Counted from the stretch's first letter, positions 26,960-40,632 are shown. The stretch is DNA of 64,000 nt from Leucoraja ocellata (GCA_036785375.1 JAWMAR010000243.1:2728001-2792000); one strand, 5' to 3'. Notes: a model not told the origin generated them from the letters alone. Numbers and translations are program-made.

Positions 26960-27090
26960 AAGAGGGAACTGCAGATGCTGGAAAATCGAAGGTAGACAAA
27001 AATGCTGGAGAAACTCAGTGGGTGAGGCAGCATCTATGGAGCGAAGGAATAGGCGACGTTTCGGGTCTCGACCCTTCTTCAGACCAGTCT
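26960..27090 (-). mobile_element. Single-arm Penelope-derived short element with intact minimal hammerhead motif
   Basis: Same family. Minus strand reads GGT-CTGAAGA-A-GGGTC-GA-GACCC-GAAA-CG-TC-GCC. Confidence 0.8.
27052..27085 (-). ncRNA. Minimal type-I hammerhead ribozyme motif (PLE type)
   Basis: Core CUGANGA and GAAA, stem II GGGUC/GACCC, palindromic loopless stem III (ACGU), GUC cleavage triplet, short stem I GGU/GCC. Activity not shown. Confidence 0.65.
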
Positions 27091-28397
27091 ACCAATTCAA
27101 TGGTACCTTTATGAATCATAAATGAAAATCGGGGACAGAAAATTTCTTAGAAACTTACATTGTTGTTTTAAAGTTTATATTGTATTCCAGCATGGTAATG
27201 TCATAATTTTCTATGTTTTACTTTGTTAACCAAGCACTAATTCATAACTACTGAGCGAGGAAGTGAGAGAGGAATATTGAAACTGTTGCAAAAGTACGGA
27301 TGATATATAACAGCGAAAGGATAACAAGTGTTGTGAGACTTTCCCACTGTAGCATTTAACACACAGACTGTATTCTGTGTCTGTCAGGTTAAATGGTTGC
27401 AAAATACAAGGTGCAGAAACATGAACAATTCACATTGACTCCTTCGTTCAAATTTCTCATCAGCTCTCATGTGTCTGAATTCACTGGTCTGCTGTATTAA
27501 CTCCTCTGCCTCTATACTACATCAAATGTAAACACAACTTTTTAATATTCCATATGATTTATATGCAGATTGTAGATACCTACTGGCTGTTTCGTTCTGT
27601 TAATTCACCTACACTCAGTCTTAAAGTTTATTTTAAATAGACACAATGCTGAAGTAACTCAGCGGGTCAGGCAACATCTCTGGAGAACATGGAGAAGTGA
27701 CGTTTCTGGTCGATCTGAAACAGTCCATTCCCTCCACAAATGCTACCTGACCTCCATTCCCTCCACAAATGCTGCCTGACCCGTTGAGTTACTCCAGCAC
27801 TTTATATATTGGTGAAGGTTCCAGCATCTACAGTTTTCTTGTGTCTCTCAAAGTTTTTTAAAATTAGAATTTTTAGTTTTTGGTGAAACAAGTAGATAAG
27901 AAAGTGACAGTATGGAGAGAGAGAGAGATAGGTTAAACGGTAGACGCCAGAGGTCAATTGCCATTATGGAACATGAGGGGTGTTCACTGAAGCAGCATTC
28001 ATAGTTTCTTGGAGCAGACTTAGGCTGTTCGGCCATTGAACCGGTGTGCATGGAGAATGGACTCAAGGTTCAAGGCAAAGACTGGAAGAGTGGCAGTTTT
28101 AGTTAATATCAAACCTTTCACAATCCTTATCATAATTCTAAATGGATCAATAGATGGGTACTAAATATGTGAGAAGTAAAAGGATAAAATGAACGGACTT
28201 GTTAGTCTTTGGAGCATGTTGCAGACTATTTCATGAATTCAATCCAAGCAATATTTCAGAGTTCAGGAAAACAATTGTCCAACGTTCATTGAGGACCAGT
28301 CTCCTGGGTCAGGGTGGCAGCAAATCAAAGCACCGGGATTTTGAGTCTGAACGATCCCAACCCTATACGTTGCCTACCCTATCCCTCCACTGATGCT

Positions 28398-28575
28398 TAA
28401 GAACTGCAGATGCTGGAAAATCAAAAGGTACACAAAAATGCTGGAGAAACTCAGCGGGCGCAGCAGCATCTATGGAGCGAAGGAAATAGGCAACGTTTCG
28501 GCCCGAAACGTTGCCTATTTCCTTCGCTCCATAGATGCTGCTGTGCCCGCTGAGTTTCTCCAGCATTTCTGTGTA
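28398..28575. mobile_element. Fold-back Penelope-derived short element with 14-bp TSD, nested in an older relative
   Basis: ~75-bp inverted arms (28426-28578) centred near 28502. CCTCCACTGATGCT duplicated at 28384-28397 and 28576-28589. Confidence 0.85.
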
Positions 28576-29770
28576 CCTCCACTGATGCTGCCTGAACCCC
28601 CTGAGTTCCTCCAGCACTTTGCGTTTCACTAACATGTCCATTTAATCACTTAGTTTCTACTTTAATATTTTCTCAAATTTCTGATGTTTCTCATGTTGCT
28701 TGAGATAGTGAGATTAATGTTTTATTTTTTATCCCAGTTACCACACAACCTGTGAACAGTATCAGAGGACAATCCAGAGGCAACAGTGCTGGTGTGGAGA
28801 CATAAATACGTAGGCTAGATCAGGTAAGGAAAGCAGGATTCATTCTCAAAAGGGCTCTGGTGAGGTTTTTACAACGATCTGACATTTCTAACATTGCTTG
28901 TACAGATAATTACCTTCCAGGTTTCAGTTTATTTTAACAGAATTCAGAATTCAGATTAATTGGGTTTGAGTTACCCAATATATGACACTTAGCGTAGTAA
29001 CAAACACATTGTAATTACTGTAAAACTTCAGCAATGACTTGAGTAAAATAGCAACCCTTCCAGGGCTTGGCTCCAGAGAGTCAACTCCTTTTTATAAATG
29101 CACGGTTATGGCAATCCCACCACTGTGAGCACGACTGCAAGTCTAGCACGGTGCGTCAATGGTCAGATATCTTTTGGTCAAGAGAAGAAGTGGATAATTG
29201 AAGATCAAGACCTCACACCCAGCACAAACTCATGGTCAACTTAGTTGCGATGATGTCTTCATGCTTCTGTGATTTGAACTACTCACACCAAAGCCTCGAA
29301 GCAATTTCAACAATGCAGTCTCTGCAAAATTCTTCAAATGTGCGTGCAGGATAAGGCGATCCATGTCAGTGTCTCATGCCCAGCACAAGATGCCTGAAGG
29401 GGGCGCTCCAAACACAACTCTTCCATGGAAAGAAATTGAGATGGACATTTGTAAAGATTCCTTGATTTACAAAAAAAAATTGTCACTGGTGTGAATGGAA
29501 ATCCTGAATCAACGCTGTAAGATTGTTCTGTAAAGGTAAAATGGTTGGCCAGGTAGACTGAAATAAAAAAGCATGAAATGGCTGCTGACTAGACTTGTTG
29601 AAACTGGGGCTGCAGGTTTCAGGAAGGGACTGCACAATGTCTTGCAGTTACTGCATAGTCGTGAATAGGGGATCACCTGCTCCGTCTGACAAGGTTGAGG
29701 AATATACAATCCCCCTCGCCGGGAAGACTAAGGAATGTACCGGTCTGATCTCTAGTGTGGTTCCTCTAAC

Positions 29771-30165
29771 TAACATCTCCTCATCTACTGCATCCGCTGC
29801 TCTAGATGTCAGCTGATCTACATCGGGGAGACTAAGCGGAGGTTGGGCGATCGTTTCGCCGAACCTCCGCTCAGTCCGCAATAACCTACCTGAACTCCCG
29901 ATGGCTCAGCACTTCAACTCCCCCTCCCATTCCCAATCCGACCTCTCTGTCCTGGGTCTCCTCCATTGCCAGAGTGAACAACACCGGAAATTGGAGGAAC
30001 AGCACCTCATATTCCGCCTGGGTAGCTTGCATCCTGATGGCATTAACGTTGAATTCTCCCAATTTTGCTAGCCCTTGCTGTCTCCTCCCCTTCCTTAACC
30101 CTTGAGCTGTCTCCTCCCATCCCCCCGCCCTCGGGCTTTCTCCAGCAATTTTGTGTACCTTCCTT
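29771..30165 (+). mobile_element. Penelope-like retroelement 3' fragment: GIY-YIG endonuclease C-terminus plus tail
   Basis: Translates as LIYCIRCSRCQLIYIGETKRRLGDRFAE / LRSVRNNLPELPMAQHFNSPSHSQSDLSVLGLLHCQSEQHRKLEEQHLIFRLGSLHPDGINVEFSQFC*, with a frameshift near 29863 and stop at 30071. Shows the IYC-CxxC-YIGET pattern of PLE endonucleases. Continues into tttctccagcaattttgtgtaccttc, the tail shared with the short elements. Confidence 0.88.
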
Positions 30166-31814
30166 ATATGTACATACCTGTTGTCCTGTATTTTGCGTAC
30201 GTGTCGGTTCCTTGATTGGGGGGAATGTGGGAGGTGCTAAACATTGGCATTAAAATATAAAAGGCATTGCAATTAAGGGCAGAGAGCTTGACTCTTTGCT
30301 AGGTTGTTAACCTGTGTGAAGACTCAGTGCTGAATAAACGTACATTTAAAGCAACCCTGGTGTCCGGTCGATTATTGTCGAAACAACCGATGTAAGCGAA
30401 AAACGAGAATCAACACTGGTTCCTGGGAATCCATGAATTGCTCTAGGCAATAGGGGAATACTTGGCATGGGAGTGAGAGTTTGAGTCTGTGCATCAGGAG
30501 CACATGGAAGCCCTGCATTAATGGCAGAAGAAGTGTCCCACCTCCTAAACCATCCACCCATCAGCCCTGCCAAGCACACTGGCCTCTTCAGTCACGTCAG
30601 GATCAGAGTCTTCTCAACATCGGGATGGGGAGGAGCAGAGCTTCATTTGATCAATTTGTTAGAGTTACCAGCTTATTGGTGTGATGGGAAACCACCATGG
30701 ACAAGAATGTCAATAAAGGATTGAGTGAAAAGTTCATTATGATTAAGAAAGTTTTATTTTGTGACTACAGCACGTCAAGGCGCTGATGGCATTGCGCTGG
30801 GCCATGCTGACCCCTATTTCATCCACCCGTGCCACATGGACCCCAGGGCTTAAAGGAATGATAATAAGAAATCGCACATCTCCTAGGGCCAGAGACTTGG
30901 ATGTTGCAAGATGGTGCTGGAACGTGGAGACACTCTGCGTGCTGTTCCAGACGTTCTATTATAGTCATGTATTGTATGATTTGACTGGATAGCAGAACAA
31001 GCATTGCACTCCCTCTCTGTGCACGTGGTAGTAAATTGAACCATTGGAAGCAAGTCGCTGTCAGGGTCATTAAAACAGCAGCAGCATCGTGTGTCCATGT
31101 CTCCAGGGAGATTGGGAGCAGAGTCTGTTCTGGAGAAAGAAAATAATGAAAATCATCTTCTGCTTTTCCGCCATCGCAGGAAAAATAACTGCAGATACGT
31201 GGATGTGAATCGCGCTTGTGTATTGTAGATGGACTGAATGAAATATCAAAGATCATGTTTGAGCCTTTATTCTTGCCCTTCGTTGAACTGGCACATACCT
31301 CACCACAGGGGGCATGGATCTCAGACTCTGTGTCGTCTCCATGTCATCTCTGGTGAACAGCAGCAGAGACCAGAGTGTATCATGAGGGAGGGGAAATAAT
31401 TTGATCTGTTAAGTAAAACATTATATGTTCTCTGATTCTAATCCTGATTAGATCATGGCTTTCTCCATACATTTATTGTGCCAGTTCCTTTAGTGCAATG
31501 AAACTTAAATGGAAGTGGCTAGTGTAATAAATATGTAATAAAGTCTGTGATGAGCACTCGAAAGCTATAAATGTAATGCTAGAGTGGTTGTTAAAAGGCA
31601 AGGAATCAATCCAGTGGTAATGTGTTGTTCAAGTCACCACTACGCCAGATTTGACTGAAAAGATGTAACGTTTAGCCTGGATGACCCTGGTGACAGGGAA
31701 ACGAAAGTTCACTTTCTGAATGACGACGCAGGTCTATTGTGGGTCAGGTGAGGAAGGGATAGAGTTAGATAATTGAAAACTATTTCAAATGTTAATCGCA
31801 GTGGGATAATGTAG

Positions 31815-32115
31815 ATTCAAACAAGGGGACATGACATGAGAATTAAGGGACTGAAGTTTAGGGGTAACATGAGGGGGAACTTCTTTACTCAGAGAGTGGT
31901 AGCTGTGTGGAATGAGCTTCCAGTGAAGGTGGTGGAGGCAGGTTCGTTTTTATCATTTAAAAATAAATTGGATAGTTATATGGATGGGAAGGGAATGGAG
32001 GGTTATGGTCTGAGCGCAGGTATATGGGACTAGGGGAGATTATGTGTTCGGCACGGACTAGAAGGGTCAAGATGGCCTGTTTCCGTGCTGTAATTGTTAT
32101 ATTATATTATATATT
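31815..32115 (+). mobile_element. CR1/HER1-like LINE 3' end
   Basis: Highly similar to 9310-9590 (KFRGNMRGNFFTQRVVAVWNELP); AT-rich repetitive tail. Confidence 0.9.
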
Positions 32116-33995
32116 AATGTAGAACCACGGTGATGGATGGTCGGCGTAGACTTGATGGGTCGAAGGGCCTGTTTCCATGCTGGTTTTTTAAATTTCAATC
32201 AACCAAACATACCTGGGACTCCTCCCCGCTCAAAAGAGTTGAGAGTGAGAGTGATGGAGCTTTTTGTTGGGTTATTGTGTCAAGAGATTTACAGTAAGGA
32301 AACAACGTTGAGATACAGGATAACTGATCTTAATGAATGGCAGTGGGATTAAATGTCCCAACTGGTCACTGTGATACTTAACTGCAGCTCAATCCTTCTG
32401 CAAGGACCCCAGATCTTGTTTAGCAAAGAAGGGAAATGCATTGGCATTTTGATTTTTTTTGTGAAGTAAACTTCGTTAAACCTAGACTGCGAAGGACATC
32501 CCAGATACTCCTCCATCGAGCTGTTTGAACACATCTGTTGTTTGGAAAGCTTTCTACCCATTTGTAACTGAAGCCCTTGAATGTCTGGCTGACATGTTGG
32601 ACATGATGCATTACACCTCAACAGACAGCGGACTTTAAGCTGCAGCTACACAGCTGCTGTATGGGACAGATGGGACCTGCAGTGAATCACTACGTGAAGC
32701 TGGCATCCAAAGCATTGTTGGCTGAAGGATGGAAAGAGATGCACTGAAAGCAAAAAGGTATTACAATGGAGACTTTGTGCTTAAAACAGTGCATTAAACA
32801 AAATAGAAATGTGGTGAGGTTGGCACTTGAATAGGAAGTTTGTTATTCTCCCCATCTATCCTGGACCATGGGTGCTTGCTGCCATTAACTTCCATGATCA
32901 TAATGTTGCTAGAGCTGAGAGAGGCTAATGAATGTGCAGACATAGAGTGATTGTAACTTGTCTATTCAACCATGTGTAGATGAAGTCAATGGTGGGGAAG
33001 CTGGTCTGCATTATCATAGGAGGACTAACAGTAAATACTTTGAACCGTTTGTCCCGACTGAAGCGGGTACTTAACTATTTTATGTGTTAAAGAGTGTACA
33101 GCTGTTCATTACTTTGACTAATCACTGCTGCTAAACGAAACTTGATTACAAAGTCATTAGTCATTGTGCTGAATAGCACAGAAATGTATACAAAGATCAG
33201 GCCCAAACTGGATATTTTTTACGTGGCACTGGTAGCTGGTTCAAGTCAGCCTGTGATATTGAAAGGAAGCTCCTTTTCCTATTTCTGTCCAACTCACGGG
33301 CACAGCCTCGGTTGCTGCTCAAAGCGGTTGAGTGAAGCCCTTATTTAAAAAAATCCACACATGCAGTTTAACATCAGTGAATGGTGATCGTGGCTGATTC
33401 CAACATTCCAGTCACCCTCAACTCCTTGCCAAGTCCATTGGCTATTTTTGATAGATTGGGTCCATGCTGGTTTGAATGGTTCTGTCCACGTTACATGGAG
33501 GCATTATCCTGAATTCAAGACCATTTCATTCAAAGCAACAAAATCATAAATTGGAAATTCAAGAGAATGTAGTAAAACTTAAAATAACTGATCACCTTAA
33601 AGCCGGCCTTTAAAATGAAACTTTGTTTTCGGAAGCAGGTCTTTAACAGTATTTGGACTGCCCAGCGAACAAGGAGAACTCTTAATACTACTTCCCTACT
33701 CTATCTCACCCCAAATCCCTACCCTGTCTTAGTTTCTTGGCCATGGATAATCGTGAAATTGCAGAAATGTAGAGCTTGGAGAATGTTGTTTTGATAGTTT
33801 GGGAGATTTTAACAGAATCTTTGATTAACACGTTTAGACCAGAGATACTTCAAGTATTGATGTATCAGTGAGATGTTGTATTCTAGCACAAAATGAGTAT
33901 GTGCCTGCCCCAGATCAAATACAGACCACAGGTTGAACGGAGACGTGAGTAGCTCTGGGCTACTCCAAGCTTTTCCTTGAATTATGAATTGGAGA

Positions 33996-34294
33996 GGCAC
34001 GGTGGTGCAGCGGTAGAGTTGCTGCCTTACAGCGCCAGAGACCCGGGTTCCATCCTGAGCACGGGTATTGTCTGTACTGAGTTTGTATGTTCTCCACATG
34101 ACCTGTGTGGCTTTTCTCCGGGATCTCCAGTTTCCTTTCACACTCCCAAGACGTACAGTTTGTAGGCTAATTGGCTTGGTATAATTGTAAATTGAGTGTG
34201 GAAGATAGTGTCAATAGGTGGAGATCACTGGTCGGCAAGGACTCAATGGGCCAAAGGGCTTGTTTCCGTGCTGTATCTCTAAACTAAACTTAAC
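33996..34294 (+). mobile_element. HE1-like tRNA-derived V-SINE
   Basis: ggcacggtggtgcagcggtagag (A box), ccgggttccatcc (B box), V-domain-like gagtttgtatgttctcc...gcttttctccggg, LINE-like tail gggccaaagggcttgtttccgtgctgtatctc(taaac)n. Confidence 0.82.
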
Positions 34295-36066
34295 TTCAAT
34301 GCTGTGCGTGATGTCTTTTACAGTGGTGCTGGAGAATTTAAGAATGTTGAATAGATGATAAAGGCTTGTTTAATTATTATTGAGAGAATGCTATGTTTTT
34401 CCAAGATGAGACATAACTTTGCGCTGTTGGTCATTGTTACACAGAACATGATGAATTATTCACTGAACCAATGGGGAGCAGCTCATTGTTATTTTGTTCC
34501 CATCTGCTGTCGTGGTAATAATCAATCTCCAACTGACAAGTAGAAATATGTCCTCACCCCTCCCACACCCGTGTAACACATTGCAATAAATCGTCTTATG
34601 TGAAGCTGATGAGAGAACAAACCGGGATCTCCCAGCAATTCCACCGCACAGTGACTTGTGGAATCCGGTGGCAGCTGGAGGCATGGGTAATGCCATTGTC
34701 ATGCTGATACCTATTTCCATGACAGATGAGACCAACAGCAGGACAGGCATCTGTTGAGGGCTGAGGAGGTGGGGGTGGTCATTCAATCCAGATTAGCCAG
34801 ACCCTTGTTTGTTAACCAAATAAAAAGAATGCAGCTGCTGAAGTCTCCACGGCTTCAATATCAATATATGGATAATAAATCGAGCATTAATGTTGCCTTG
34901 TCCTATCCAGCACTACAGAGAGTTCTTATTATACTGTTAACTTATGTGATTATCTCCCTATTATTGATTCTTAAGATAAAGTCATGCAGCACGGAAACAG
35001 TCCCTTCGGCCCAATTAGTCCATGCCAACCAAGATACCCCATCTAAGCTAGTCTCATTTGCCTGAATTTGGCCCACATACTTCCAAAATCTTCCTATCCA
35101 TTTACTTGTTCCAATCTTTTTCAAATGTTGTTATTGTACCTGCCTTGACTACTACCTCTAGCTCGACAAGCTGTTCCATATACCCACCACCTTCCGAGTG
35201 GAAAAGTTGCCCCGCAGATTCCTGTTAAATCTTTCCCTTCTCACCTTAAACCTATTTCCTGTTTCTTGATTCCCCTACCTGGGGAAAAGACTGTGCAGTC
35301 GTGCTATCTATTTCACACACAATTTGCATCTAGAAGCGGTAGGAAATTATTATATAACTGAGTTGATAATTTTCATTGAAAATTGGATGTTTATTAAAAT
35401 TCGTACAGTGCTATGTGAAATTACATGGAAATATTCTTGTATTTAATCATAAGTGCACATTTGGCCCGGATTTGTATTCAACAGGGTGTCGTTCCACTTG
35501 TCAGAGAATAGCTTTAATTCAAAATTGCTCTTTTTATGTACTTTTAATTAAAAAGATGAAATGTGTGTTACAAAAAGAAAGCTTTAGTGTTGACAGATTA
35601 ATATTCAGAACTCCAGTGGTAAAGTCAAAAGTATTTAATTGTCATTTGCATCGAAATGGAACAATGACATTTTTATTCTCCTTGTGCTCCTACAATGAGT
35701 TTGGTTACAATCGTAAACTCAGTCCAATATGGGTATTGTGAGACCGATGAGGGGAGTGATGTAATTTTTCTCGATCTGTGGGGAGGAATCTGTTGATGAT
35801 TTCACTTATAGCTGCCATCGAATAAGTACCCGAGTGTTTGTGTGTGGACAGGGTGCACTGAAAAGTTGCACATGAAAAATTGATACATTTTAGCAATGGC
35901 TGTCAGATTCTGTAGGAATAGAATCTGTTCAAAAATGAGAAAAAATATTATTTATCTTTTTAATTATATCGTTAATCAATATTGGATAGCCAACTGGAAT
36001 GCAACCGATTTTTTTATTTGTTGAAGATCCATTTTAAATTTGAGAATGAAATACGCCCTCCCCCAC

Positions 36067-36745
36067 TCATAATCATCATAATCATATTTTATTAGCCAAG
36101 TATGTTTTGCAACATAAGAGGAATTTCAGTGGCCGTACAGTCATACCAATAAAAAGCAACAGAACACACAAGATACAATTTAACATGAACATCCACCACA
36201 GTGATTCCCCCACATTCCTCGCTGTGAGGAAGATGGAAAACAAAGTTCAATCTCTCCCTTCTTTGTCCTCCAGCGGTCGGGGGCCTCTAACCTTCTGTTG
36301 ATGGGACGATCTTACTCCCATAGCCGGTGACGGGCCTTCCTCGTCGGGGCGATCAAGCTCCTGCATCGGGGAGGAATCTCAGCTCCCCCGCACCGGGCAA
36401 TCTACCCCGGGTCAGGGCTAGTCGGACATCGTGCGGCTTTTGGAGCTCCCCGATGTCGGTCTCAACCTGAGACTGCGCACTCACCAACGGTGAAATCCAC
36501 AGGCCGCGGTTGGAGCGTTGATCCCAGGCAAGGGATCGGCTCCGATGGTAAGTCCACGTCCCCGCAGTGGGGCTCAAAGACAGCCCCGAGCAAGGCCGCC
36601 AGCTCCACGATGCTAGACCGCAGAGATACGACCAGAGATACCATCCAGAAAACAATTGCATCGCTGGCAAGGTGAGAGATAGAAAAAAAGTTACCCCCGA
36701 CCCCCCCCTCCCCACATAAAACAAACCAGAGAACATTAACATGTT
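36067..36745 (-). mobile_element. GC-rich interspersed repeat with AATAAA and microsatellite tail, probably a non-LTR derivative
   Basis: Abrupt GC/CpG-rich block. On the minus strand it ends aataaaaatatgattatgatgattatg. Shares a segment with 26355-26420. Confidence 0.55.
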
Positions 36746-38338
36746 TAAAGGGGCTGTCCCACTGCAGTGACCTGGGAAAGTTTGCAAAAGTGTCATGTTG
36801 AAGACATCCATTGACTATGTTGAGGACTGGCTTTGGGAAAATTGGACACCGAATAGTGGAGTGAAGACGACCTCCTTCGACCTCCCTTTGACTATGTTGA
36901 AGATTATGTACGACTTCCTTCGACTACCTTCGTGCCACCATGCCGCAAAGCTCTAATTTTGGAGTTGATTATGACTTTTATTTGAAAAACAGAAGGGGAG
37001 CAGAAAGGAGCCAAAAGGTCTGAAAAGGGTCCTGATAGTGAACATCGCTATCCATGTTCTCCAGAGGCTGCCTGACCCACTGAGTTACTCCAGCACTTTG
37101 TGTTCCAAGGAGCCATAAGTAATGTTTGTGTTTATAGTTTCCAAGACTGGTGCACCAAATCAATGGATACTGCAATTTGCTTCAGCACTTGGGGCAGCTG
37201 CCTGTTCATTTGATTGATTTTGGTCAGTGATGATACCAGTACTGAAATATTTGAAGTTCTGCCTCTTTGGATGGAAGCATATTGAAACCATATGTAGTAC
37301 ATTCCATCTCTTTCCATTCCACAGAAAATGGTTCAAGCTTTCTAACTGGACTGGTGTACATTTTGGATAAAGCTTTCACATTTACACACCATCTTCTGAA
37401 ACATTTTGCAAAAGGTGCCTGATCTATTGTTCTCTTAACTCTATTGAGGATGGGTTTAAGACTTGAATTGCATATTGAAAGCTTATATTCTTTGCTCCAT
37501 TCGTATGTGTGTGTGTTTGTGTGTGTGCCTCGACCACACATATCTGTCACATTTTGAAGGGTCATAGAAGATGCAGTATGAAAACTTTTAAAATACCACC
37601 TTATAAAAGTAAGGGGAATGATGAAGATTGGGGATGAGGGTTTTAGTTCTGCGGTTTGACCTATGCTGTAAATGATTTGAGAGATCTCAGTGCTGGGTTA
37701 CCAAGATAGAAAGAGTTTTGTGTTCCTCTGTACTGATATTCATCAAGGTGGAAGAGTCTGCGGAGAATCACTTAAACTAAACATCCTCCGCCCCCTCCCT
37801 CAAATACTGTCAACAGGTAAAGGTCAATAGTTTGCGTCAAAAATGGTGGCTTTTGGAGTGTGTTAACTGAAGGGAATTGTTCTGTCAAATAATGCTTGGC
37901 CAGCTAACTCTAGGTGTCAATAATTGTCGCACAGCTTCTGCAAGGTCACTGAAAGCGGCAACAGTTATGAAAGGTGGTAATGACGTTAGTTAATGAACCA
38001 CGCTTAATAAACCTAATCTGACTGGCAAAGAAATACCTGCGTTCATCTTCCTGTCAGTTTTTATTGGCGAGCATTTTTCTCCTCTCTTGAAAGTGGCCTC
38101 TTACTCTAGGGTGTGGGTTTTAAAGCACCTCAAGTGATCATACCTGTACTAAATTTGTCACTTTACGTGGGAATTATTCCCAAAATAATTAGTGCTCCAA
38201 GATGTGCTAATTCAGCACAGACGTGGAATTAAACTGTTGGGACTTACAGCTACCAATTGAAACATCAAGAACTTTAACCAAAGGATAAACTATTTCATGA
38301 TTAAAAACCATAAACGATTATTTTCTCATTTTTTTCAA

Positions 38339-38344
38339 TTTATT
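38339..38344 (-). terminator. Candidate SH2D3C polyadenylation signal (AATAAA), implying a ~2.3 kb 3'UTR
   Basis: TTTATT on + at the end of an AT-rich stretch below the stop codon with no repeats I recognised. Confidence 0.4.
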
Positions 38345-40632
38345 AGCATTTCTCAACTTTTAATCAACGTGTATTTAAAAAAATTATTTTAATTGCACCA
38401 ATGAAGTCGGAAATGACATACTGTACTGTACGATCACTTACTTTCGCTCATACACATCTTAATACAAATGAAATCATTCATAAACAACCAAGATTATATT
38501 CTGTAACAAATGGGACAATTTTATGTAAGGACATATTCATTATATACATCTGTTTCTATTTACACTGTGCCATTGTTGCAAAAGCAGAAGAACACTGAAG
38601 AGTTTTGCGGTTAAACATAAATGTAATTAGATGGCCTGAGGACCACATTAGTACGTATATGAGGTATGTTCCTTTTTTGGGCAATTAATGCAGGATTGGT
38701 GTTGGACATGTACAGTATTAACTGCTGTTGTCTATTCGGTTGTGTCTGTTTGGATCTGTGCACCTGCATTCCATTTGTTGTGCCATTCAACGTGGCCAAT
38801 GCCAAATGGAGTGCTTTTAAACATTTGTTATGGTGTGTTGGATGTGACTCGGAAAGCATAGTTTTGGCAGCATCTGTCTCAGAAACAGAATAATGCTGGC
38901 CCCTCCCCCAAAGGAACCTCTTGGGAATAGCAGAAAATGTTAGCACTGTGGTGAAGGCCTGTCTTCAGCTTTTACAGAGTTCATTGTCTTCAGCAGTAAG
39001 ATATACCACCTATGCGTCTAACCCTAACCTTATTCACTAACACTGTTAAGTACACTGGTAATTACATATTTTCAAGTTAAATTCTGTATTTTAAGCCAGA
39101 AAGCTACAAAAGAGTGAGTCTATTCCAGATTGTTGAGTTTCTCTACTCCTTCAATGAAAGACAATTTGATGTGCAGGAGTCCAACAGGACCGAGGAAAGG
39201 TTAGTACCCTGATACTTAAGAGTACAATTACTCAGTTTTTGCAACAACCCCTTCCCCCCCCAAAGTCTTCCCTCCCATGGCATGTCTTCTGTTTTCCCTC
39301 CTGAAAGTGCATGCTTGGGTCCTTGGGTTTAACTTTCTTCAAAGTAGTTTAAGCAAAGAAGTCCAGTTGTAGAGGGTTGGAGAGCATACAAGGCATCAAT
39401 GTTTCACATGTGCAGAAGGTCACTGAACAAAGATTGGAAGCTAAACATTTGCTTCCTATCTAGTTGCTCGGGTAATGGGCAGCATCTGTGTGTATCTTCA
39501 CTCTCTGTCCCTCAGTGTTGCCTTCAGAGTGCAGATTGTGCTCTCTGCTATTAGAAAGCTCTAAGCCATCTCAAAAATGAGATGCCTCTCACACTGCACC
39601 CGGTTGGGTTGACATGGGTGCATGGTGTTACTGATGGCAATTAGTCTGGGATTCCCCTTCCCACCAATACAGTGGTATTGGGTAGCGAGTGCTGATGTGC
39701 CATCTTACCCCTAACTTATCTCACAGTATAATTTTCCGGTAAGCTAACACAGTGAGACAGTCAGATGTTATTTTATGGATAACAAACCAAACAACCCTAG
39801 TTTTGCCTCTGAGGGATTGCTACCTGCCATCTTTCATTAAGACTTTGTTGATTTTTTTGTCATTTAGATCTCGGAGGCATCATTTGACTAGATCTCCTTT
39901 AGGCAGTGGAGCACCATGACATTCACAGCTATCATTTCCTCACATTCAAGATGTTAGATAACTACATATTGCAATATTGTTGATTAGTTTTTTTTTGGAA
40001 AAAGTGCAAATCTTTTTGGATTTGGTCACCTTTTGAAAGATTTATCAGTTTTCCACTGTGGTTTGGTTCCTCTTCTAAAACGTGCCAATTCTAGCTCCAG
40101 AACCTTATCCACATGACTGTTGTTCAAAGCAGGTTTGACCGTCAGTCCCAGTAAGCTAGTAGCATCTTGGCTTCATCCAATTTCAAATGCAGGTCCACTT
40201 CCCAGTAAAACTCACTGGATTGCAACTGCTTGCTGAGTTTCCTCCCCACTTCTCCAGTCTAAAAGAAAAGTTCCTTTTCACCCTCTGTAACACCTCAATG
40301 TTCACCTTGATGAAATGAGATTACATTTTGCACATGTTTTCTGTGGACTATTCTGATCCATACTGCTTGGCAATAAATGATTAAGAACGTTATCAAAGCA
40401 CTAAGTCCGAGATTGTCATAGTTTCTAAGATCTATAACCGTTAATCAACGTTTGAAATCCATGCCCATCTCTTTCTATTTATGAATCTGTGCACACATGA
40501 ATTACCAATGACTTACGATAGCCCATTAAACAGATGGGATTTCTAGAAATAAGTGAATGAGAAAAGAACAATACTAGGAAGTTCCTGTTTACTGATCCCC
40601 TTAACCAGGCTTGCGAAGATATTTGCTCCATG

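Noticed and set aside
36745-36935. Short repeated units (gactatgttga, ccttcgac) suggesting a CRISPR-like array
   Set aside because: Eukaryotic context with irregular, degenerate units and no spacers; more likely a truncated DNA-transposon end starting ggggctgtcccact.
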